The position numbers and the translations under genes are program-made. Source: Dimargaris cristalligena (lineage: Eukaryota). From it: 40,023 nt of DNA. The notes under the pieces were generated by a model, which worked only from the letters and a program-made list of their open reading frames with translations, had not been told where the DNA came from and did no database searches. This document shows positions 12,266 to 24,900 of this stretch, piece after piece. The first letter of the stretch is position 1, and each line of letters starts with the position of its first letter. The DNA lies in assembly GCA_003614675.1 (NCBI GenBank), contig ML002342.1:1-40023 (forward strand), read 5' to 3'.

Positions 12266-13969
12266 TACGAATAATTTGTTTTGTCTTCAATGAAGAGGCG
12301 TAGTTATTGGGTCTCGAACTTCAGATACACTTGGAGCAGAATGGATTAGATTACATCTCAATTGTATAAAACGGTTCAGTACTATAGTAATTTGGGCAAA
12401 TGATGCAAGACTTTGGGTACGTTAAATGGTAGTATAGGACTAGCTCTCACTTTCTCTTGACCAAAATGACACTTGAGTATCGTTATAAATAGTCAGGTTG
12501 AGTGACCTATTGATCCCCAAAGAGATGGTATAGATAAGATCCGGTCTGGTTATATAATAAAACACCGCTGGATGAATTTGGTTTTACGGGTTGAAATGAT
12601 TCTACGCTTTACTTTTTCGGTTTAAGAACTGCTATAGATAGGTGACATTTTAACTGAATCTATTCTCCTTAGCGTCTACAATACTATTTCAGGTTGTTTT
12701 ACTCATAAAAAGGGATGTAGCCGTTTGTAATTCTGGCCGACCGACGTATTACCACAGCATGGTTCAGTAGGCCAGACTCAACAAATGCTGTATATTTACT
12801 CTGCGATCACGGGCTACCGGAGACACCGCTGCTTATAAAAAGGACCCGGTCTCTCGGCATTGGGGAGGAAATAAGGACCTCCTTGAGAAGAAGATACCTT
12901 AGCCTCACCCAATGAGCACTATCGCATGATACAGAAAATTGCTATGAGAGTGTGGCTCGCGCGAACTAAATTGCCGTTCAACAAGCCCCCACCCTAAATG
13001 AGGTGATGATTGTGGCTTGTGGGATAGGTGGTGGCTATATCGACCCGAATCACTCTGTCCCTGATTGGCATATATTGCCAATTCCATAACTTAATAAGCC
13101 GAAACAGCCTGCTGTAACGATAGGGAAGACCAAGTCGTTTCAATTTCCAGAAACCAGTTGAGCCTAACTGAAACATACTATCGGAGTCGGGTGGCTGCTA
13201 TGGGGTTACAGACAATACCAGGCCCATGCAAATACTTCACCAAACCCAAGAGAAATATCCTTGAATGGGGCTGTATAGAAGAGTGTTATGGCTTTCCCGC
13301 CTTTTCTAATATCATTCGTTGCTTGGTGGCCACCACCTCCTCTACCTACAGCTATAGAGTCTAGCAGTTCCAGAGTAAACCAATAAATATAAAGGATAGT
13401 ATACCCCTCAATCAAAAGACATACTTGAAAACATAATCCAATTGAAATAGGACTAGGTCAGCTGGGCCTGTTTAATAATTACATCGGTAATTTATAAGCA
13501 CGAGGTCCCAGAATTATGCCTACTGTAGGGGCCAGACACTGCTTCTCGTTGGCAGTAAAGTGCAATCAGCTAGCTATTCTCCAACGGAAAGAGAAGAATG
13601 TCTCAATGAGCAACAGGCCTCGTGGCTACTTTAACAATATACAGCACTATTATAGTGAGGAGAGAGAGATTCCAAAGGAGAAGAAAAGCACTCCTCTAAT
13701 TGTATTCCTCCTCTCTTCAAGCTTACCAATTCACACCTTCATTTTAATCCCCATCATATTCCCTACCCTTTTCTTCAAACCTCCGTGATTCAGGGAATAG
13801 TAGGTTCATTGCTTCTTCCGCCAGACCCTTACCGCAGTATCAAATAAGCATTTCTTCAGTTCCACCATTTCCCCCATTTATTACTCGACATCACTTCCCC
13901 GTTCAGTCAAAGCGCAACCCCCATTCGCTAGTATAATTCCATAGACCACCCCTTGCGTTTCCACCCGAC

Positions 13970-15674
13970 ATGGCGTCCAATCAGAACCCCGCAGTTGATG
14001 CCAGCGCCCCCTGGTCACCGCTGGCATTGCGATACTATCTCGACCGACCCGATAACTCCTCCCACTTCCCAGTCCAGCCCAGCAAGACAGCCCTGGTAAC
14101 AGCAACGGCAGTACCCGGACCATTCCCCACTTTGCTCTCCCAGCCGCTAGGACACCGAATTCCCGAAATCTTCCAGCGAGCGCTCCCATTAAATTGGCCG
14201 ACAATGACGACGATGAAAGCCGTCCCGGATGGCAGTGGGGCTACTTTCCCCCAGCTCACAAGTTGGTTGCCCCCCAGGCAGTCCTTCGCCGCATTCAACA
14301 CACTGCCCCGACCAGCGACCCATGCTGGGTGGGGGGGACTCCAGCGCTGCTCGATCTTAGACGCCAACGACTTAGTTTTCCACGCCAATAATACTACCGC
14401 CGATGGTGGTGGAGAAGAAGGTGGTGGTGGTAGTGCTGGGTCACCGGCACCCTCGGCGGTACCGACAGGCAGCCCCGGAGGTACGGGTAGTCGTCGCCCG
14501 CCTTCGGACTCTTCATCCAATGATCGGGATGGCCGATTCCTGCGTATGAAAATTATGCCACGATTTGAGCGGTATGTTCTAGTCACCAAGGACTATACCC
14601 TGCGGGTGTTCGCTTTTCGCGCAGTTAGGCTAGATCCCGGTCAAAGAAACGAGCTGACTTCTGCCATCTGCCTCTATTTTTTCCGTAGCCAGGGATTTGT
14701 AAGTTCCACTAAATCACATATACTGGTCTCTGGATAGTTAGCCTTCTTTTTTTAAGCGCCTCTACTTGGTACTGCGAGGACCGTTCTTGAGCACAAATAC
14801 TGTGTAATAGGTGCCGAGGGACACCTCGGATAATACGAAGACATCACCCGAACCATCAATGGTCTCCGGAGCCAGAAGCTACTGAACTATGGCCATAAGG
14901 TGCCTAATTTTACATTGACTATTTGATAAATTCTAACGAATACATTTGTATATATTCGCCCCCGCTCGTCTCTTGCCATTATAGGTTTATCATAGCAAAG
15001 CGGAAGCCAGAAAACTGCCCCTTTGGGAACGAGTGCTTCTCTTCAACCCCTTCCGATCAGTAATCGTCATGGCTACCCACCACCCTTTCGCCGAACTAGG
15101 AATCGAAGACAACGACGCCCACGGCAAATCATTCTCGGTGCTCAGTACTTTTTTCAAAGCGCGCGAGCGGTTCGCCGATTTCAAGGAACACTTTAAACCC
15201 ATGGGGTTCCATAACCGCGAATGTCCGGAGCAGTACGGCTATTTCCTCCCCATCGGTTACTGGGTCGACTTAATCCAGGAATCCAACGTCAAAATCATCA
15301 CCAAAACCCTACGTGCCACCACGGCCTTCACCGAAACCTGGCGGCAGAGTTTCCTGGACGGACGCCAAGAGCGGCTGTTTAAGGGCCTGTTCGACCATGT
15401 GCTGAGTGGGGGTCCCTGGGTCCTCATGGGCCGTATGATAGACCGGTTGGCGGAGTTGGATGAGGAAGAGAATGCCAAGAAAAATACCACCGACGCGAAT
15501 GTCACCAAAAGCAAATCCCCGGCTCCGCCGACTCCCACCAAGTCGGTCCCGCCGTTGATTAAACCCACCGGGAACAGTAACGGCGGCAGTGAGACTCCGA
15601 CTTCGACCCCACCTCCCGCTGTGACCAGCAAGTCGCGGCGTTCCAAACCGGATAACCCAGATAGTGAGACCTAA
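13970..15674 (+). CDS. Hypothetical protein. Intact model 13970-14571, 14689-14698, 14985-15674 (433 aa). A further candidate exon at 14811-14899 breaks the frame, so the gene may be frameshifted or decaying
   Basis: Donor GTATGT at 14572; branch GCTGAC and acceptor ttttttccgtAG at 14688; donor GTAAGT at 14699; branch TTCTAAC and acceptor atAG at 14984, in phase with the 15033-15674 ORF. The last exon has strong C/G-ending codon bias. Family not recognised. Confidence 0.7.
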
Positions 15675-17515
15675 AAAAAAAACATCATCAACAACAGGGG
15701 ATCGGGCAACCGCCAATTAGCATATTCTATTGACATTGCTTCCACATGTGTTATCAAGCCATTTTTCGTTTACACTTACATCGAAAGCTGTGTGATGTGT
15801 TTCACGTATATCATTGGTCCATGTATTTCTGTTTTTTATTATATATATACATTGATATAAACTGGATTGTAGCATACTAATAGACGAATTTCCTATGTTA
15901 CTACGTCATCTTGAAGTTGTAGGGTTCCAACCGTGAATGAAACGGTGACAGAAATAAAACAAGAAAAGTAATATATATATATATATAAACAGAGATTACC
16001 GATGCATCTGCGGAAACTGATATGTGCACCGAGCCCCTCCCTCACCCTTCCCATTCCGCCTCACATCTTGCAATGATGCGGGTTGTGAAGGTGGACGAGA
16101 CTACTTTTAGAATCCTGGAAGGCGGTTGAATGTATGAATCTATTGAATAATCGCCACCGTCGTACAGTGTTGTTCGGCGGACTCTACATGTTACGGACAT
16201 AGTCGGAGTGTCAAATACCAAAAATGGTGGGAAAATACAAAATTAATAGGCATGCGGAGGTGAGGCGGTGAATATAGTCAGTTTGTGCAGCTATGTTATG
16301 CATAATGGTTTCCGTGGAACCGGGTAAAAAGATGTAAAATAATATATAGAAAAGTAGGGCTGAAGGCGGGGGACTCGGAAGAGGGAGAGGTAGAGTACGG
16401 AGGGGGGGACTTCTCGCGAATACCCGGGATTTTTATTCTTATTATTATTGAATAGTTTTACGAATCGCAAAAGGGATCTCCATCAATGAGAAAGATAGGG
16501 AAAGAATAGTGCCACAGGTGGCCATTAATGAACGGACAATGGCACGACCAGTCTAAGATAAGACTAATATTACACACCGACCCGGGCATGTAGACATGTG
16601 CGCACACATAGAAACAGACAGGTAGATAGTTAGACATACCTTGCCTTTGTTGTCGAGTCTGCCAATTCCCCTGATGCGACGTGCAGCAGCCAAAAGTAAT
16701 ACTCGTCCACATTAGTAGTGAGCAAGTAAAGAAATACCAATATGCTAAATGGGGTAGGATTCCAGAGGGATGTTCGGGTAGATGATTTACCCTGCAGTTG
16801 GCTATTTGAAGTGGTGGTACTGGTGTAAAGATTGCTCTTATCGACATCATCGTTTCAAGTAGCTGAATTGGGCCAGAGGATGGGGATTAGGAGGAGAAGG
16901 AGGAGGGGGGGATTTGGAGGCACTTGAAAAAAAGCGGGTACCTTTACTTATTGAGGTTGCCGAGGTTGACTACACTTAAGCCCAGAAAGAGGCAGGGGGA
17001 GAAGGGGAGGAAAACCGTAAGAGCTGTCGCCGTGGGTACCGTGGACCAAGTTAATTACCTGCGAGAGGACCGGTAATTGGACTATACTAATGCACAGAGG
17101 GGGTGGTAGATTTCCTTCCTCACAATAGTTACTGATAACCTGTCGGCGCCCCAAAGAGTGGGTCGCAAGAGAAAAAACCACGACCGCCACGTATTTGGAG
17201 GATTAGAACCTGGCTGTTCTATATTGAATTCCACCAGGGGGTCTCTCATTTGGCGGGAAAGAGGCTAAAATAGACGACGATGGCTGAACTTCCGCCTGTC
17301 ATTTTCAGTGTGGTGGGCAAAACCCACTACTCCTACCCCTCATTATGGAGAAGGGGGGCGAGAATAGTAATCCCTGTAGGAGCTCAACTGGGACTATAGG
17401 GAGAGCGAATTACAATACCCTTAGCTAAGTCTGATCTGTGTTTGTGTGGAGAAAAGGCGGGAATGAGGCCAGTAGGGACGCCCAATCTATTCAGGAACCT
17501 TTAACCCTCCCATAT

Positions 17516-17555
17516 ACACACACACACACACTCTCTCTCTCTCTCTCGCACACAC
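17516..17555. repeat. Compound (AC)n(CT)n microsatellite
   Basis: An (AC)n run followed directly by a (CT)n run and gcacacac, read directly. Confidence 0.9.
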
Positions 17556-20500
17556 CCAACCCTGCTTTAGCACTGGTTCCTGAGATGGTGGTGGTTCAGT
17601 AGAGCGCCCGGACAATTGGCGAAACTCGGCCACTGTTTTGGTGCGAATTATGATTAGAATCAGGCGGTGATTGTGAAACCCCAAGCCACTGTTGAGCCAA
17701 CCCGAGAATTCTGGCCAAGGCTCTCCAGAAACTTCCCTATACACACCCCCATACCGCCGCCCCCTCCCCCTAATTCCCCATTCACCCCTACACATATACA
17801 ATATACACACCCGCACATACACACACATAGATATATACACACACACGGCCATTGTGGACCCAAAGAGGAACGTGCCCTCGCCATCAAAAAGGATTGGGGT
17901 ACAGAGGCAAAAGGGCACCGAAAGAGGGACAGGCGATGAAGCAACTCACATGACTATGGTTACCCACTGAGTGTTGGAAAGACCACGCCATCGGTAAATC
18001 TAACTCCGATTCTCGAACTGTTACGGTCCGAGGCAGCGGGTCGACCGAGTGTAGGTGGTTTCATATACCAAGCTATACATTCCCAAAACGCAGTCCTCTG
18101 TATGGGCTTCGATATGACTATACCTATATATTTATTTAAAATAGTCGGAGATACGACGAGACGGGGGGTTGGGATGGAATACGCCCCCGATGCATAAAGG
18201 GTGGTAATATCGGGCTGGGCACCCACTGTTGAAAGGCGACTTGGAAAAATGTCGCATAGCCCCTCCCCCTTTTTGTGACTTTCTATTTTTGTATAGATAG
18301 TATTGCTTTATACATGTGGTAATGTATAATACCATGCCCTCCTGCATAGCATTATTTTTTTCACTACAATGGGCCGGTGGTGGGATGTTGAAATAGCACC
18401 ATGGGTAGTCTATTTTCATCGAGGCCTTACGCTAGTCAAACTAGCGTGATATATATTATTATATAGGGAGAGGTGTACAATGTTACACATTACGACCCAT
18501 TAACCGCCAAAAGACCCGCTAGGCTGACCAAAAGAAAAGGGAAGTGTGTAATTGCGGAGGAGGAGTAGGAGATGGAGGGGGGGATTAGAAGAAACTGCGC
18601 TGGGAAATGGTGCAATTGTGAACAATAGAATCCTTCACCTTCTATCCAATACCCTCGCTATGTTTCCCTACTCACAGCAGTGGGTAATCCTTGATGTGAA
18701 AATATAAACAAATACTTGCCAATTTAGGCAGGATACACTGGGTCGTCCAGCCAAACCAGGACATTGGCGGCTTGTTTAGGCGACTATAAGGTGCTGGGAA
18801 AAGTGGGTGGGTTTTTAGTGGGGATGGCCTTTACTTTCTTATTATTATTATTTTTTCAAAAAATCTAATAGAATACCTTAAAGATGCACCAAAATACCTA
18901 TAGATTCACCTAACCTTGTCCCATGTGGCGGGATTCCTTGGATAAATGAGGTCCGCGCGATAATTTCTAAGCGGTGGATGGTGATGATGGGAGTTATGGT
19001 ATATTCACCGCCTCCTAAACACCTTTGTTTGACTATTATTCCCAGTAGGGTGAGACTCCGGAGATTTGGCATGCCTAAGCAGCCCATTTAGACCTGCGGG
19101 TATTGCACCATTCCACTGGGTATTGTTTTGGCACTAATGCTGAATCAGAATGATTGAGTTCACACGGCCGGCAAGTGTCTGGAACCTCCTTTCTTTAATG
19201 GGCAGGTGAGTCATGCTTGATCAATAGTCACCCTAAGCCGCCCGTTAGAAAGCAATATGGGTGAATATACCAGATAGATAATAATACAGGGAAAGGGATT
19301 GGGAGGAGGGGTATTGGCCATCAATATCCCGTATAGCGAAGAGAGCGTTTCTTAATGTGCGTGTGGGGTCTTTTTTACATATAAATATATATCGGCTATT
19401 TCTAGACAGTTGCTAATACCAGGGGGGGGGGTAATACCTAGAAGGGCGATTGCGAACGCTAATCCACGATCCACCTGGTTCAAAACATGTCCGTTGCTGG
19501 CCAATGGTATTGGTATATCATTTATAGGCACCTTCAACTAACTGCCCGCCTGTTGTGTTCCCGATATACGCGGCGGATTGATGGCAAACCGACCACATCA
19601 TTTTGGAGGGGAGGGGTTGGCAGCGCGGCTTTGCTTCGGAAGTGTTACATCGACGAAGTGGTACGACCAATCATGGCAGCCGTTCAACAAGTAATCGGAC
19701 GGTTCGATTGGTTTGTACTGGCCTTCATTTCCCCCAATTGTGTCATCGTCGTTGGGTTTGGGTTGGCTTAGTCCATGGCTTATTTGGACCCGTTTATACA
19801 AGAGAACGAAATGTCTCCCCAGCGACCTTGCTTAAAAGAAGAATATAGGCGGATATTGTTGAAATTGGTATTGTCTGTATAATATGTGGTGGGATATATG
19901 AAGCTCTGCTGGGACCGCCTCTTTTTTTTCACCTTTCTGTCTTGGCCATTCGATTGCCGCTAATTCAGATGATGTCCACGGGATCCGTTCCGCCAATAAG
20001 TCCTAGTTTCATTAGTACATTTGCGATGGTGAAGGCCACGGCTATTGGCGGCGGAGGAGCTGGAAATGATGGTTGTGATGATACGGTGGTGGTGATGATG
20101 AGATGATGAAAAAAAAAACAAGAACAAGAGAAAATAGGCGACCAGAATCTGCAGTAGATCCGACTAAATTTACACAAATCACGGTCGGTCTAATCAATCT
20201 CGCTATTCTCCCACTTGGTTTGCTCGTTAATTTCCTTCTTCTGAATTAATAGGCCAAATATCTAAATGCACGGCATGGTAGGGCGATTATGAAATACTGA
20301 CCAGTGGCCGGGTAACCAACCGTATAGTACCAATGTAGGGGAGCGAATGTGGATTGGGCGGCATCAGATACATACACTGTAGAGGTCCCCATATCCACCG
20401 TGCCTGGGGTCGTTACTGAAGCAGCAACATCATTTTGGCTTTGCCAGCGGTTGATATTTCGGGCTGAATGGTGGATGCATGGATTGTATTAGAGGGGTTA

Positions 20501-21892
20501 GGTTACGCTAATCCCCGAGTAGGAGATACAAAGAGCCAGAAGGGGGAGAGAGAACAGGCAAAAAAAGAATGGCTTCGTGAGCTTCCAATGGCACAGGTTG
20601 GACTCTCTTCTCTTTCTCTCTGGGCTGGTCCTAATTATATCGACCGGCTGTTTCGGTCGGGGGTAGTGTGAGGAGGATGTGTCATACCTAAACGTAGGTT
20701 TGATTGGTCAAAGAACCTGATTTGGCAATAATTGATTGGCAGACCTACCCAAGTAGGGTTGGACGGTAAACAGTGGATAGGAGTATAGACTGGGCCAGCC
20801 TGGTGTTGAGATAGACAACGCGACAAACGATGCCAAAGGGCGCGCGTACACATAACCAATCTCCATCATTCGGTGTGCTGCATACGGAGGAAGAAATCCG
20901 ATCACTAACGAACTGATTAGACTTCTAGCGCCCTGGCACACTACTAGTGGCTAAAAGAAGCCGAGAGTGTATATTTTTTCTATATATTATTTTTGGGACA
21001 GGTAAACCTTAATTGCTTAAGCATCCATGGCGTACAACGTGTGGATAGGAAAGTATAGCTCCGGTCCGCTGGGATGGAAACCGAAGCCGAGGCCGGTACA
21101 ATGGTTGCCATTCATGGGGCGATGGGAGTTAATTCGCGACTATGGCAACCCATCTTCAGCAACCACGATGATTGGGCTTTATCTGAGTCGAGAGCCTTTT
21201 GCTTGATGACGATAACTGCTGGACGACGGGGTAAGTACCACGGGGCCCGGTCAGCCGCTATAATGGGCCAAGATCGACGATAATGCATCAAAAGCGGTCC
21301 TATCGAATCACGGGCCGTTTGGGGCAAACCCCACTTAGAATGATCTAGCAGCGAGCTGGAGGGGAAAGAGAATAAGTAAGTAAATAAGTACAGAGCACTC
21401 ACACCCACCCCGCCCCTGCCCGAAATTCCGCAGGTAGAACGCCTCGAGTTTCCGTACATGATACCCCCCGCATGTTCGAATGGTCAAGGGGGGGGGGTTG
21501 CCGGGACTACCGGCGACTAAACCGCACACTCGATGCATCGTTCGTTTTTTTTTTTCATTGTTAGACCAACGGAGGCGAGAATGGGGTGGTTGGTATGGGC
21601 GGACGGGCGCGGAGGCGAGGTAGTACAAACGGCGGCCATATCCCCACCCACGACGGACCGCACCTTGGACACTCGCCTCTATGGGTGTGTGTCTGTGTAG
21701 GAGAGAACCTTGAAGCCATGTTGTTTTATTTAATAGGGAAAAGGGCCGGGTGGTCCGGAGGGGCTGCTATTGGCGCAGGACTTTGAATTTAGTTAGGGGG
21801 AGATGTTCCCAACGAGGGAGGCGGTGGGCCGGGGGTTTTTTTTGGATTGTGTGGGTCGAAACGAGACATCTCCCTTCCGGTTCTTTCCCGGG

Positions 21893-21970
21893 CAGCCTAA
21901 ATAGAGACCAGCGCATACAGCCTAAGGAGAGATCCGCGCATACAGCCTAAAGAGAGACCCGCGCATACAG
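21893..21970 (+). repeat. Tandem repeat, 3 x 25 bp (consensus CAGCCTAAxxAGAGAxCxGCGCATA) plus a trailing CAG
   Basis: Units: cagcctaaatagagaccagcgcata (21893), cagcctaaggagagatccgcgcata (21918), cagcctaaagagagacccgcgcata (21943). Confidence 0.95.
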
Positions 21971-24900
21971 TCTCTCTCCTCGTCCTTCACTCTGGATTCT
22001 GGGCCTATATTACTTTGGTGCACTCCCCCCGCCCTTCGTGTCTCTCTTTCTACTTTGGACCGTTTTGTTCGACCCAAACGTTCGCTGGTTCTATATGCTA
22101 TATTCCCTACTCTACTTTCCTTTCCTTCTCTTTTCTTCCTTCTCTCTCATACACTTCTCTCGCCCATACACCCGCCTCCCACTCCCACATATCCCCGCAT
22201 ATATACAACATATACACACACAGACACCCCCTTTCTCTCTCCGTCCCAACCTCGTCGCTCTCGTGGATTGGTACTATTCGGTAATCTTTGCATTTATGAT
22301 ATTTCCTTCGTTATCACCCTCTATCTTTTGTTCCGTGTGCCACTCCGATCTCGACGCCTCGGCCAGGTGGATTCCCCTGCTATATTGCTCATACTTCTCC
22401 CGCACGCCTTCTTGATTCCACTTTCAAGGTCGAACCTGAAAAAACAGCAATACTAGGAGTATAGCTAGCTCTACTCCAAGCGCCAGTCGAGGCTATTGCG
22501 AGCCCTAAGCGGATCAGATCTCCCTTGGTTGTGTTGACTAGCCTCGTCTGATCTTTTTAGGACGGGCCAACCACCGACCAGTGGCCAAAACTCCGCTAAA
22601 CTTTTTTAGCTGCCTATCCCACTAAGGTCGCTCTCACAACTCTATTCTATTGGCCGAAACTGGTCCAAGCCCCTTTGGAACCATCTCCCGGGAATTCCGG
22701 TGGACTGGTTCTCCCTGTAAAACCAACCACCCAGTAGAAGAGAGGCCTCCTTGTTTGGATCCCCTCTAACCCCCACCTCTCTACTACACCATACGTACTC
22801 CTCCTCCGGCCCTTTCCAGCGAACTAACCCTAACTATAATCTATTATTCCCCCCTGTCTTTTCATGACGCCTTGATTATCGCTCCCCTCCCATACTTTAT
22901 TCTAGATACGATTCAGTGCTGCATATACTGTCCCCGTCGACTGCCTTTCCTATATAACCGGAGTGTCGCCCGGGAACTGCCTCCAAACTCGTTCTGCTCT
23001 TTTCTATTCGAACCAGGCTTCCCTTCAATTTTGTTAACCACATTCACGATAATACACCTCTTCTGGTCCACACGATCCAACTCCTTTTAAACCCCTCCGC
23101 CGTGTTTATTTACGATTCATCCTACACCGGCCGATCATTCGACTTTTTGTATGCCCCTTTTGACCATATTTTAATGACCTCTGCATTCATTTCACCTCGG
23201 TAAAGTGTTTGTAGCCCACTGAGCACCCTCTATCATCATTCTGTGCGTGTTTCTTCAATTTTATTATCATTATCCCTATTCGATTTTTACTTCAAGTGAC
23301 CCCTTACCCTTGTCCTTCCATCTATTTTTTGGTTGCCCGAAAACGCCGGATCCATTACCTTCGATTCTCACCAACCGCGTCACTGCCCGGTTCACTTCAT
23401 AGATAGATAGCTAGTGGTAAGTGATTCCTTTCGTATCCCTCTCCCTAATCCGGGAACTGTGTCATGATGGGTCCCCAGGCTGGCTTCCAAATCCGCCGCT
23501 CATTATGGGACTATCCACTGGATATGGCTTCCACGCACAGAGTGTTAATTTGGGGTTAGTGGGCATTTATAACCCTAGGTTGTGCGGTCTTGGCATATAA
23601 TGGTCAACGAATTACCCCCCCCCCCCTCTTCAGCAATACCGTGTCAGCTTAAACCTCATTGCGGATATTGATATTCTCATCCATTAGCGCACTCCATTGG
23701 TCGGACTGATCCGGCGGGGACCTATGTCTTTTTATACCATCACCTCCCTTATTCAGGAGATAGTACTATAGTCTCCCCTTTTACAGGCTATGTTCTACTA
23801 GCCTGGATGGTCTGTGGCATATTTCCCCTCATTCATGATTCACCTAAACGTGCACCGTCTTATCCCTTCCCAAGGGTTCCACGGCTACTCTGTCTTTCTC
23901 CCCCCTCCCTCTACTAATGCGGTCACTCCAACCTCGTTAATTCCCCACCTCTCCCCTACTGGTCTAATACTAACTCCCTCCGCCTTGTTATTCTCCCTCA
24001 CCACTGTTCCCGTATAATCTTCACCATCATCCCCCCTGGTTCGCAATTCAATCCATCCCTGGCTTCAGCCATCATTGTTGACTCAGCTGCGAACGCTACC
24101 CCTAATCCCACCGGTCCTATTGGTTACTTAGTTGCCCTCTGCACTGGCCCTTGTCTAACTGCATACCCGCCTGCATTCTGACGACACAGCCCACTCACTA
24201 ACCCGCCTCAATACGCCGCCCCTGCTTCTGGCCCCTACCCTCCTGGCCTAGCCATTCGCTCACTAAAAGTCAAATCACTCCAGGTACGTTCTACGGGCAC
24301 TATCAGTCGGGCCCTTACTCTATCACTATCCATCAGCCACTTGGCTGACTGGCTCCCGAATGGATGGGCATTCAGCCAAATTCCACCACCCTCCTACTCG
24401 GAAGTGATAGTCAATGATTGCGTTGTCTAGAGCATTGGGTATTGCCGTATGATCTCTAGAAAGGGATCTAATCGGTGCTGGCCTTACATGTCATAATGAT
24501 CACTTTAATGCACTTCTGCAACTGTTTGGCCACTCAGTAGAACGCTTTTCTGATCAGCCATTCCCTGAACGTTGCCTAATGAAGGATTATTTGGCCCTGA
24601 ATGAAAATCATCCAATTCATTACAGGGCTATACTATACCCATTAAGTAGCGACCCGCGACGACTTAATGACCTGGATTCGGCTTTGGTAGCCACCCTCGA
24701 TTCACCGAGGGGGTATGTATCATCCGGTTTATTCACCATTCCAATTTATCTAAACATTTATCAAAAATGTATCCCATCCACTATATTGTCCACTGTCTTG
24801 GGTCGTAATTGATGTGGCTTCACCATCATCATTCCATTCCCAAATTAGCTCCCGTCTACGATCATTAGGTTATTCGAGACCATTTTGAGTTATATTTGTT

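Noticed and set aside
14831..14833. TAA reassignment or readthrough as an explanation of the in-frame stop
   Set aside because: TAA ends several genes in the window, and that frame does not match the upstream exon phase.
17487..17970. Cluster of overlapping 90-143 aa ORFs
   Set aside because: They arise from AC/AT microsatellite and C-run sequence and have no protein-like content.
19598..19801. 67-aa minus-strand ORF with some coding-like codon bias
   Set aside because: It has no ATG start, I could build no consistent splice model, and it shows no recognisable motif.
21893..21970. CRISPR-like array
   Set aside because: The units abut with no unique spacers, there are no cas genes, and the context is eukaryotic.
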